DNA of 63,867 nucleotides, the filler included, from Pelomyxa schiedti (lineage: Eukaryota > Protista > Evosea), in assembly GCA_020536535.1 (NCBI GenBank). It is 6 parts of 6 records of this genome, joined end to end, with 100 filler letters (N's around TTAATTAATTAA, not from the genome) between each part and the next. Parts side by side here need not be neighbours in the genome. Positions count along the whole stretch, not along the records: positions 1 to 28,961 come from JAHLWZ010000226.1; 5 more parts are not named here. One strand, written 5' to 3'. A program made the translations under genes and the position numbers. Below the pieces are notes generated by a model. It was not told the origin of the DNA. It made no database searches and saw nothing but the letters and a program-made list of their open reading frames with translations. This document shows positions 1 to 9,968 of the stretch, in pieces; within the stretch, counting starts at the first letter, position 1, and every line of letters starts with the position of its first letter.

Positions 1-530
1 CCCTATTTGTTTGTCAACTTCTCTATCTGACTATGTGCGTCCTTGGCTGAGCCCATAAAGACTGTCGAGGGATTGGGTTGACTGGTGGCCATCTCCACAA
101 GTTGTGACCGTGATGGATGATAGATAGAGGGGTGGGAGTCTGCGGTGTAAGCTTTTTCTCTATCGTGAACGCGCTGGGCAATCAGTTGCCACTTGTTGAG
201 TACTACAAGAAAAATGACGAAAGTAGAGGACCGGCTCAATTCTACCTAGGAGGAATTAGTGTGCCGAACCAGAAGAAAAGGAGAACGCACCCCTTCGCCT
301 ATCCAATATCCCCCAAGTCCGCAACAAACGCGAGGACAGATCCCAGAGGTAATCCAAAAACGTAGAATGAGGCCAAGTTGATAAACGCACCCCACTTCTG
401 CCTTCCACACCCACGGAGTACACCCCCACACACCTGAAGCCCATCAGAGGTGAGAAACATGGCGCACATGGGCAACAGCTTGGCAACCTGTATTCAAGTT
501 TGTTTGGAGAAGAAACAGGAGAGTGTCATA
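1..530. repeat. Dispersed repeat, copy 1 (near-identical to 8974-9323)
   Basis: Direct sequence match; this copy has 181 bp (122-302) that are absent from copy 2; no long intact ORF; runs into an N gap. Confidence 0.9.
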
Positions 531-1087
531 NNNNNNNNNNNNNNNNNNNNNNNNNNNNNNNNNNNNNNNNNNNNNNNNNNNNNNNNNNNNNNNNNNNNNN
601 NNNNNNNNNNNNNNNNNNNNNNNNNNNNNNAAACGAAAACGAAATAAAACAAACTTAAATAGCAGGAGACAAAGTGAGAAACAAAAAAAATACTGACTGA
701 GGTGTTTAAATTAAAGTAAATTACATTAATAAATAAATAAGCATACCAATGACGGAGCCCTTTCAGGAGGAGAAACTTGAAAACGGTGGTACGCTGCTGG
801 GATTGAGAGGCCGAAACTGTGAAGTATGAGATGAAGAGCGAAAAGGTGTTAAGAAGGGATGTTGAAAATTGTGCAAGAGGGAAACTGACAATAAGTGGGA
901 GTGCATACATCCTCAAGCACTTGAAACACCGGCATAGTGGCCCAAACCATCGAGTTTTTGTTTTTTTTCCTTTTTCCTCCCCCAACGCCAACCGCAAACA
1001 AACGACCCCTCCCAAGTGTAAAACCTCCTGCCCGCTCCAGTTTTTTGTACGCAGTTTTTCAAAATTTGGGGCTTCATGCCTTACAAA

Positions 1088-4000
1088 ATGAAGGCCTCAT
1101 TCTCATCACATTTGCACCCCGGTGTAGATTTTTTCGTCGTGGACGAGAAGATGCCCAAGAGATCAGTTCTCGACGACGAACAATGGGGGTGCGTGCACGA
1201 GAGGACGGAGTGTGTGTTGCGCCAGTTCGATGGTGTGTTTCGAGTGTCGTTCAAGGAGACGTGGTTGGAGGCGTTGCGTGGCATCGACAGGGACCAGAGG
1301 GCGGAGCGTCATGAAAGGGACAAACACACAAGGACGGGTCCCACGAATTACCATGGGACTCCAGACCCTGTGTGCTTTTTTTTTTTCCCGATGTTTTTGG
1401 CAAACTAGCTAACTCTGAGCAGGGCAAACACGACGCAGTTGCCTTGTGTATTTGTGACTTCATCATTGTTGGTACCACAACTTTTACATCACCGCTTCAT
1501 TCTAACATTTTACAAGATAAGGATGTTGATCCCTTTATTATGTACGTGATCAAGGCAGCTGCTGGAGATAATTCTTCTTGTGTTTATCGCCGTTTTGATC
1601 AGTTCAAAAAGCTCTCGGTCGCACTCAGTCCTTTGACTATTGCGGTGCTTCCAGAGCGGTCCAGTGGCTTCCTTGGCTTGAAGCGCAAGAGAGTAACCCC
1701 AGAATACGCACAAGCAAGGCTTCCAGTGCTCCAGAAGTATTTGAACGTTGTTGCTCAGAATAAAGCAATCCAGAACTCCAAAGCCTTCAGGCAGTGGTTA
1801 GGTTTAGGTAAAAAACCATTTACTCATCTAATTTCTTATTGTTTCATCAAAAGGGGATAACAATGATCCTGTCATTCAGGATGCTTTTGCCCTTGCATTT
1901 GGTCGTTTGGTCAGTGAAAAGTACCAGCTGTACTATGATGATCCTGTTGAAGCCCTTTGCAAATTCATTGTTGAAGAGAGCTTTTCGGTATTTGGTCCAC
2001 AAGTGAAGTCTCAAGGCAGAAACCAGAAGGAAAGCACAAAACTTATGAAAGCGGCCTACCTTGAAGTTGTTTCTTATGTGGCACCAAAAGTCGAAACCAT
2101 GTGGAAAGGCTTCCATCACTCTTTTTTTTGATGTATGTCTTACCTTTGGGACAGCTATTATTAATGAGATCATGACAATCAAGAATGGAAAAATCAGTCC
2201 CTGCTCAACTATTCTTCAAGCAGAGAGAGATCTGAAGGTGAGCCTGAAACCAGTTATGTCCGAAGGTTGGGTCGCGTTCTTGCTCTTAACGCTTGCTTCT
2301 AAATTTCTTTCAGCAATGCAAGAAATTTGTGGTAAATATCCTCAGTTGATGGAAATCTTCATGCAGTCGATACAACCACTCATTGTTGAAATACTGGTCA
2401 AACACAAGAAGGCCAAAGACAAATTAGTGGTGGAAATCTATAAAAATTTCCACCGGGAAACAACAGGATCACAAGAAGAACGGGAAAGGCAACTTGCCCA
2501 ATGGGTGAGGTACTTGCTACAATGGGCTGTTGAAATCAAGAACTCCATCACACATCTGGTATCTCTCATTTCTTTGGATTTTTCTTTTTGAAGCCCTGCA
2601 GGTTGATGGCAAGATTACGCAGATCATAGAAAGCATTGCCGGGCAGTTTGATACCAAGGTGGGCATTGTGGGAGTGGGCTTTTGAAATCTCAATAGGTTT
2701 TCCAAATTTAGTCCGGTGCTGTGGGTTGGGAACTGCTTCTTGGGAAAGTCATTGCGCAATTCCCCGCAATAATCAAGATGGTGTTCAAGTTTTTCAATTT
2801 TCGAAACCAGAGTACCGTGGTATGTTTCCAGCTTTTTCTATTTTTTGTTCTAATTTCTAAGTTCTACTCAATCTTGAAAGTAAAAGAAAACCAAATCAAC
2901 TACCTTGTGAGGAGTGGTCATGCTTCCGCAAGTGAGTTTTTGCAAAATATAGAGAAACAGGAATCCACTCTCCAGGAACGAATCTGGCGTTCTCATCGTG
3001 ATATGAAGGTAGCACCAATATATTAACCATTTGTCTTACTTTCGAAAGTTTGATGCATGGAAGGCAGTTTATGATCTGAGAAAATGGTGGCACGAAAGTA
3101 AGCAATCCTACAGAGAATATCTTGGCCCTCTGTTGGAAGTTCTCCATGAAATCTTACTCAAAGTGGCACTTCTAAACAAGCAATTTTTCCAGAAGTTCAT
3201 CTTCCGCACCAATGACTTCCTTATCTCTCATGTCAAAGAAAAACTCGGGGCCACTGCAACAAGCAAGACAGAATTTGTGCAAGCTGCCTTCCAGCAGGGA
3301 ATGGATAAAGCCATCAAATTCTTTTACAAACATGGCTACAACGTGTGTTTGTAATTGTGTGCCTTTTGGTAATTTTCACTTGTATAGCTTCTTGTGGATT
3401 GTATCATGAAACTTTTTGGCAAGGCACTGGTTCCTGCCATTTCACAAGCTATCCATGCATCCAATTCAGGTAACACAGCCATTGAACGTGTCCATATTCC
3501 AAAGGCAGTGGAGGTTTTCCTTCATCCGCATTTAATTGCCAATGCAGTCATTGAAGAACTTCTAAGTGAGTAACTCTTCATGTGCATTTTTAAGCTTCTA
3601 ATTCAATTGTTACAGGAGATGGAATTAAGAGCAGGCTGGAAGCATGGCTTCATGAACTCACTGCTAGCTCCAGTAGGGCTCATACACCTACAACTACAAC
3701 CGCAACAACTACAAGCACTACAGTAAAACAGTCGAACACAAATGTGGAACCCAGAAGAAGTTCCAGAAGCGAGTCTGGCTCTCGTAGTCGCTCTGATTCA
3801 GCCTCTCAATCTCACTCTGAGTCAGCTTCACGAAGTAGCTCCAGTTCCATACAAAAAACTGTATCAGTACCAAGGTCAGAGAGTGGCACCGCTTCGGCCT
3901 CCCAATCCCACTCTGGTTCACGAAGTGGCTCTAGCTATAGACGTGGATCAGGCTCAACAAGCGGGTCCGAATCCAGGGCTGGCTCAGGATCCAGGTCAGG

Positions 4001-4202
4001 GCACGTCGAGGCCAGAAACAGTACTGCAGCAGCCACAGCAGCCGTTACAGCTAGGGCAACACTAACTCCCAAAGTCACTTCACCTATTCCAGTGGTCTCT
4101 GGTTCCCACTCACCCGGCTCGTGCTATTGCTCTGTATCTGGATCAGAATCTGAATCCAGCTCTTGGTATTCTGTTTCAGGCTCCCTTTTGTCTGATGAAT
4201 AA
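1088..4202 (+). CDS. Multi-exon Niban/FAM129-like protein with PX domain and Ser-rich tail
   Basis: N-terminus VLDDEQWGCVHERTECVLRQF resembles the Niban N-terminal helix. PX signature YVIK...VYRRFDQFKKL...LP...RLPVLQKYL at ~1520-1800, followed by a long helical region; GT-AG introns; final Ser-rich exon stops at 4202. Confidence 0.7.
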
Positions 4203-4337
4203 GCTACAAACGAGGCTGGGTGGACCTGAAACATTTCTTTTGTATGTCCAGAAAAAAGACAAAAATCACAACTGTATGTTGAGAAATTGTAAAATTTCGT
4301 CTCCCTGGCAGCTCCTCCAAAGGTTTCGTGTCGACCA

Positions 4338-6455
4338 TCAGTAGTGTAGCTTGGCCCACAACATTGTGTCAGGGCCAGGATGAAATGATCCAGAGTTATC
4401 GAACCAGTGGCAGTGCTCACGAATCTCAGCAACAGTGAATCCAAAAGTATGGAGGGCGTGCTCAATGTGCCATGGTGACGAGATAACTGTGCTCAGGAAT
4501 GATTCTCGGACAATGTCAGGTGTGATCTCTGGGAAACACCTCAGCAGCATCATCCATGCTGAGAACTTGATTGAGAACTTGATTGGACACAACCCAAACT
4601 CAGAATGATCCCTCCTTACCATTTGCATCACCTTTTTTTTTTTTTTTTTCTTAGTGAGTAAATGAGGAAACTGTTTTATTACACTCACCTCATTCAATGT
4701 GATGTCAAAGGTTCTGATCAACCACTCTGCGCAACTCACCTTGTTTCCTTTTATCAACTTGTGCAGCAACGTGTTGTTGTTGACCTTCACTTGGTGGGCA
4801 GACAGGCCGTAATGACCAATCAACCACCTCACAACTTTGCTTGAACTCAGTTTACATTCTTCTGATGCCAGGACTTCAGCAACCTCTGACTGTGAGAATC
4901 CCCACTCTGATGCAAATTGTTTGGCAGTCGAGATGTCTGCAGTGACAACCACAGTCAATGCTGGTGTCCTCATTCTTTTGTGATGTGAGACGTGAAACCT
5001 CCTCAGCAACAGAAACGCATCACCATTCCCCCAACGGCCTTTCTTGATGGCAAGTTCAATTGCAAGCATGACATCTTCCTCCTCAACACTCTCGGTTGGA
5101 ACATGTTGGAGAAACCAGTTTAAAGCTTCACAAGAGTAACTGGCCTCAACACAATTTAACAGCCTTTTTGGAAGTCCCTTGTTTGCTTCAACGTGGAATG
5201 TCTCATCCAAAAAGTCAGCAACTGCCAAGTTGCCTGCAAGCAGAGCAAAGTGAATGGAATTTTGAATGTCAGATGATGGAATCTCTTTCATCGTCTGCAA
5301 CATGAACTTTGTGAAAGGCACGCTGTCCTTCTCGTTCTGAAACACGATTGGAGGATTAAACACAGGCTGCACAGAATGAGTCTCCATGAGCCACTCAACA
5401 AGCCTGGCATCGCAGACTGAAGAACAAGCATCCGAGAAAGCAGAGGAAGGCGACATCAAACCACTCTCAACCAGCCACCTCACCACCTTTCCCTCACGAA
5501 TGTGGTAGCTCACCGAATCGCTGCGACGGTTTACAAGCCACTTGCACCCTTCGATGAGTTCGTCGGCCGTCTTGTGTTTGCTTCCCAGGAACACATCGCC
5601 CACATATTTGGTAATACTCGCAGGGAACACTTCTGAGCACCACTTTATCGCCTCCAGGCTCCCGCCGCGTGCCGCGAATGTGGCCGGAAAGCTCCAGTGA
5701 TTTGCTCCGCGAAATAGCCGCCTCACGTCCGCCCTGCTCGCGATCCACTCGGCGACGTCGACGTGGCCGCCTCTCAGGGCGGCGAGGAACGGCCTGACCA
5801 GCTTCCAGTCCCTCTCCCCAAACCGGGCCACCAGCCACTTGGCCACGTCCAGGTGGCCCTCCCTGCACGCATCGCACAGAGCAGTCCCCTTGTCGTTCCA
5901 CCAGTGACGCATCTCCACCTCATCATCGGGAGCGGCGCCAGGGGGCCAGTGCAGCCCCGCCCTGTGGATCCAGCTCAGTTCCCCGCGATTTGGCCCAGAG
6001 GGGATTTGGGGGCTGACACCAGCGAGGTGCGCGGCGGCGAGGGCGTGGCCGCCTGCGCAGAAGCCCCACAGCACCCACGCACACTCCTTGCGGTTGTTCC
6101 GTGAGGTCTTGTGAGACAAGATCCACGACGCGCACCTGCCTCGCTCCCCGCTGGCACCACCTGCAGCGGCTGCGCACTTGAGCGCGAAGTACGATGACCG
6201 CTTCGCACTTATGGGTGCGTCCAAACAGCACGGCAGCGACGCGGTCGCGGCGGAGCAAGCGCGGGGCACGAGGGGGAAAAGAGCCTCGGCGAGGGTCATC
6301 AACGTCACACACTTTTTGGGTGACAGGCGGTTGAACTTGTGGTAGGTGTGCTTGGCGGTGCTCTGTTTTGAGACCCACAACGACTGGACCACGTTGTCCC
6401 ACAAGAAACGGGAGACCCCAACCACACGACCGACTTGCTCCGCTCGCCCTTCCAT
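4338..6455 (-). CDS. Ankyrin-like repeat protein (lineage-expanded type)
   Basis: 705-aa ORF with ACREGHLDVAKWL, ALRGGHVDVAEWI, AARGGSLEAIKW and ALLAGNLAVADFL repeats; likely one in-frame 57-nt intron at 4632-4688 (GTGAGT...poly-A-AG). Confidence 0.8.
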   Translation of the reverse strand: MEGRAEQVGRVVGVSRFLWDNVVQSLWVSKQSTAKHTYHKFNRLSPKKCVTLMTLAEALFPLVPRACSAATASLPCCLDAPISAKRSSYFALKCAAAAGGASGERGRCASWILSHKTSRNNRKECAWVLWGFCAGGHALAAAHLAGVSPQIPSGPNRGELSWIHRAGLHWPPGAAPDDEVEMRHWWNDKGTALCDACREGHLDVAKWLVARFGERDWKLVRPFLAALRGGHVDVAEWIASRADVRRLFRGANHWSFPATFAARGGSLEAIKWCSEVFPASITKYVGDVFLGSKHKTADELIEGCKWLVNRRSDSVSYHIREGKVVRWLVESGLMSPSSAFSDACSSVCDARLVEWLMETHSVQPVFNPPIVFQNEKDSVPFTKFMLQTMKEIPSSDIQNSIHFALLAGNLAVADFLDETFHVEANKGLPKRLLNCVEASYSCEALNWFLQHVPTESVEEEDVMLAIELAIKKGRWGNGDAFLLLRRFHVSHHKRMRTPALTVVVTADISTAKQFASEWGFSQSEVAEVLASEECKLSSSKVVRWLIGHYGLSAHQVKVNNNTLLHKLIKGNKVSCAEWLIRTFDITLNEVSVIKQFPHLLTKKKKKKKVMQMVRRDHSEFGLCPIKFSIKFSAWMMLLRCFPEITPDIVRESFLSTVISSPWHIEHALHTFGFTVAEIREHCHWFDNSGSFHPGPDTMLWAKLHY

Positions 6456-6599
6456 TAAATGTTGTTGTTGATTCGTTGTTTTCCACGAAAACGCATCGTT
6501 ACGAGTAGGGATGGCTTGTGGCCCGCAAGATTGTGTCGGGGCCAGGTGCTCTGTTAGGTTCTGTGGGAAGACAATAAAGTCCCACAGAGTGAAAAGAAC

Positions 6600-8240
6600 A
6601 AAAGAGAGTAAAAGGGTAAAGGTTCTCTTGCTTGTTCTCCTGCTTGGGTTGCACGTGCATAAAGGATAATTATTTTGGTGTGGTTAGCTTCGAAGCCGCA
6701 CTGTTGTCCAATACTCAGTTGCGATTACCTTGGAATCAATCACTGTTGCATCAATGCAATGCGGTTTTGTCGCCTAGGATCATCACATTAATCCATCGGC
6801 CTGCATTGTATCTCGAGTATATTCACACAGAGTCCGCACAGTGTCCATAGAGCGTGAGAAGTATTCACCTCGTATACTTTTCGATCGGCATTCCAGACTA
6901 AGGATATCTTAATTGAGGAAAATTGTAGCAATAACAATTACTTGGAATTTTTGACTGCAAGACTTTGCAATTTTCAATAGGGATCCTGTGAGCTTGATTG
7001 CGTAACCAGTGCTTTGCAATGCGGGAATGATCTACAAATTAGGTTTTCTATTCCATACCACACAGACTCTCCTCAAGATTTATGGTGAATGTAGTTGTCC
7101 CTGCAGAGCTGTTTTTTGTAGGTACACAGAGAGATAATACGCGAGTAATACTAATTGCGGCCTCTCTTTGGGCAAATTCTGTGTCAAATTCTATCTCGCC
7201 ACAAGTAAGAGCTGATAACTTTCCTCCAACAGGCATTTCTACTCTGTGCATAGAAATTCGTTGTCGCTTTGTGATATAAGTGTTTGAAAACAAAGGGTGA
7301 AATACCTCCACTCGGCACCGCACAAGTCCCTGTGGCGCTGCTCTATAAAGAATGAATAGATACGAAGGACAGAAGTAAATTACGTGGTTAGCCGGTTATA
7401 CACAATTAAAATATCTCTTGCTCTTCCACTCATTATCCCTCTTCTAGAAAAGATGAGGTCTGGCCATCACGCACCTCTACAAATATGATAAGATCAAGGA
7501 AACGACATCGGGACTGTAAGTAAACAATCGTTATTTAGGGGGGGTCGTTTTCTTCGGTAGATCCAAGCATCAATCAACAACACTCTCCACGTGAATGTAT
7601 GTGGTGCACACAGTTGATTGAGTTAAATAAGATCTCTGTCCATAAACTCTCCCCCTAGGCCACGCAGTCCATGCAGGAGGGAACGACGGCCACCACCAAA
7701 ATAAATCGCACCAAAACGCCGCACCTGTAAATGAGCACCGTATCCATTTTCTTGAATCGACGCGCAGGCAACTACTGCCATAAACGAGGCGTCTTGAAGT
7801 CCCACAACATTTCCCCTGGCACCACAAACATAAACCCAACGATTTATTTTGTAGATCGATTGGTTGGTACAAGGTGATGGTATCACCACCTTTCCCATTT
7901 TTTTTTCTTTTCAAGAAGAGCCTCTTTTTTAAAAAAGACGCTCCTCCTTTAAAAACAACACAGCGCCAATCATCCCCCCGCCACGAGAGCCTCCCGGGGC
8001 CCGGCCTCGGCCCCAGGAATCTCTCGCAACAGGGTTGCAGACGACGCGACCAACCGCCACACCTTTTGCCCGGCGATTTTCGCCGGGCTGAGACGAGACA
8101 GCCGGTCGATCGGGGACTCCCCACCCAACAACCCCCCTGGGCACCCAGTATTCCGCGGGGATTCCCAGCCCAGTTGGGTTTGGTCTAGGAATGTGTTCGG
8201 GGTCTCCAAACGCCCGCCGCGGTACTTTGGTGTCATACTC
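6600..8240 (-). pseudogene. Possible fragmented multi-exon gene or pseudogene of unknown function
   Basis: A chain of short minus-strand coding-like segments (7970-8275, 7623-7898, 7048-7323) with stops; no recognisable domain. Confidence 0.25.
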
Positions 8241-8399
8241 GGGGGAAGGGGGCTCAGCTTGTGCTTCGCCCCCAATCGTGTTTTGATTTGTTGGTTTGTT
8301 GTGGTTTCTGTCGCTCCTTATAAGCACCGGTTTTTCCCCTTTTCGCGTCGTGGGAATTTCCCCATGGGACAGAAAATCTTTAAAAATTTTCGCAGTTGA

Positions 8400-8499
8400 T
8401 GTGCTGAGGTGATGGTGACTAATTGTGGGTCCTTTTAAGGCCACAGACCGAACATAATAAAAGAGAATTCTCCACACGCCTCTTCACGACCTCCGCACA
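8400..8499 (+). repeat. 5' LTR of TRIM
   Basis: TGTGCTGAGGT...ACCTCCGCACA; internal hairpin TGTGG-(GT)CCTT-TT-AAGG-CCACA at 8424-8445; AATAAA at 8456-8461. Confidence 0.93.
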
Positions 8500-8503
8500 A
8501 TTA

Positions 8504-8521
8504 TGGTAGCAGAGAGTAGTT
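8504..8521 (+). promoter_or_regulatory. Primer-binding site complementary to the 3' end of initiator tRNA-Met
   Basis: TGGTAGCAGAG is the reverse complement of the 3' end ...CUCUGCUACCA found in many eukaryotic tRNAiMet; it lies 4 nt downstream of the 5' LTR. Confidence 0.85.
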
Positions 8522-8812
8522 CATGGTCTCTCCGACATCAACCCCTGCGACGGTGAGTCACAACTACGACATCTGCTCTGATGAGTGCGTGGCGCGACAC
8601 ATTCTCTACTTGAGTCAGCGATGCTTGGTGGCTCGTGCAGTGCGCTAGACGGCTCAAGGAGGGGTGGCATGCTGGCAAAAGGGGTGGTCAAAATAGAACC
8701 ATCGAGGCGCGCAGCAGGTCACAGTATCAACAAAAGCAGAAAGGATGTGCTGTGCGGGAAGGCCAAGTGGCACTTATGGGAGTGGAGTGGTGTTGCGAGG
8801 ACGCAACATCTT

Positions 8813-8826
8813 GAGCAGGTGGGAGG
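8813..8826 (+). promoter_or_regulatory. Polypurine tract of TRIM
   Basis: GAGCAGGTGGGAGG lies 1 nt upstream of the 3' LTR. Confidence 0.75.
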
Positions 8827-8827
8827 T

Positions 8828-8927
8828 TGTGCTGAGGTGATGGTGACTAATTGTGGGTCCTTTTAAGGCCACAGACCGAACATAATAAAAGAGAATTCTC
8901 CACACGCCTCTTCACGACCTCCGCACA
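8828..8927 (+). repeat. 3' LTR of TRIM
   Basis: Base-for-base identical to 8400-8499. Confidence 0.93.
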
Positions 8928-8973
8928 GTTGACTAAAAATTTTGATTTTTGTAATCAGTGCGCCATCCCTATT

Positions 8974-9323
8974 CCCTATTTGTTTGTCAACTTCTCTATC
9001 TGACTATGTGCGTCCTTGGCTGAGCCCATAAAGACTGTCGAGGGATTGGGTTGACTGGTGGCCATCTCCACAAGTTGTGACCGTGATGGATGATCCAATA
9101 TCCCCCAAGTCCGCAACAAACGCGAGGACAGATCCCAGAGGTAATCCAAAAACGTAGAATGAGGCCAAGTTGATAAACGCACCCCACTTCTGCCTTCCAC
9201 ACCCCACGGAGTACACCCCCACACACCTGAAGCCCATCAGAGGTGAGAAACATGGCGCACATGGGCAACAGCTTGGCAACCTGTATTCAAGTTTGTTTGG
9301 AGAAGAAACAGGAGAGTGTCATA
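8974..9323. repeat. Dispersed repeat, copy 2 (internally deleted relative to 1-530)
   Basis: Matches 1-121 joined to 303-530 via an AT microhomology. Confidence 0.9.
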
Positions 9324-9441
9324 CCAGTGCTACTACGTCAGCATTATTTGTATACATTTTCGCCAGAAGACATGTATGCCAATATTGTAATAGACAACGT
9401 AATAATGGGATGCCGTTCTTAGTTTTTGTAAAAAACTACTG

Positions 9442-9790
9442 GATTTGGCCCAGAGGGGATTTGGGGGCTGACACCAGCGAGGTGCGCGGCAGCGAGGGCG
9501 TGGCCGCCTGCGCAGAGGCCCCACAGCACCCACGCACTCCTTGCGGTTGTTCCGTGAGGTCTTGTGAGACAAGATCCACGACGCGCACCTGCCTCGCTCC
9601 CCACTGGCACCACCAGCTGCTGCGCACTTGAGCGCGAAGTACGATGACCGCTTTGCACTTATGGGTGCGTCCAAACAGCACGGCAGCGACGCGGTCGCGG
9701 CGGAGCAAGCGCGGGGCACGAGGGGGAAAAGAGCCTCGGCGAGGGTCATCAACGCCACGCACTTTTTGGGTGACAGGTACCCCAACCACA
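9442..9790 (-). pseudogene. Truncated duplicate of the 5' part of the ankyrin-like gene
   Basis: Highly similar to 5987-6327, then jumps to sequence like 6416-6427; small indels break the frame; the 3' portion is missing. Confidence 0.8.
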
Positions 9791-9968
9791 CCACCCCCGC
9801 TGGCGCTTACGCGTTGGTTTTTTTTCTTTTGCCTTGATCAACGTATCCACACACTGAAGTTACAGAAAGCACTGAATGTCCAACGTGCGTTCTTTCTTAT
9901 CTTTGCCAGAGTTATGTGATGTTGGGAGATGATTCTTGAGAGTCGGCTGTGAACTGGGAAAATTACCG

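Larger units (their letters stand above)
8400..8927 (+). mobile_element. Complete non-autonomous miniature LTR retrotransposon (TRIM)
   Basis: Identical 100-bp LTRs at 8400-8499 and 8828-8927 with TG...CA ends and an 11-bp imperfect terminal inverted repeat. TSD GTTGA at 8395-8399 and 8928-8932. PBS TGGTAGCAGAG from 8504; purine-rich tract at 8813-8826; 328-bp internal region with no pol. Confidence 0.93.

Noticed and set aside
2120-2135. In-frame TGA in the PX/Niban gene suggesting recoding or an alternative code
   Set aside because: It sits at a T8 homopolymer beside a GTATGT donor; a 1-nt indel or splicing explains it, and other genes use standard stops.
8068-8088. Perfect 9-bp GC hairpin GCCCGGCGA-TTT-TCGCCGGGC
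   Set aside because: Isolated, in GC-rich coding-like DNA, with no CTRR end or other element context to support a Helitron or terminator call.
8504-8521. tRNA gene
   Set aside because: Only the complement of a tRNA 3' end including CCA, i.e. a PBS; no cloverleaf. No tRNA or rRNA genes were recognised in the window.
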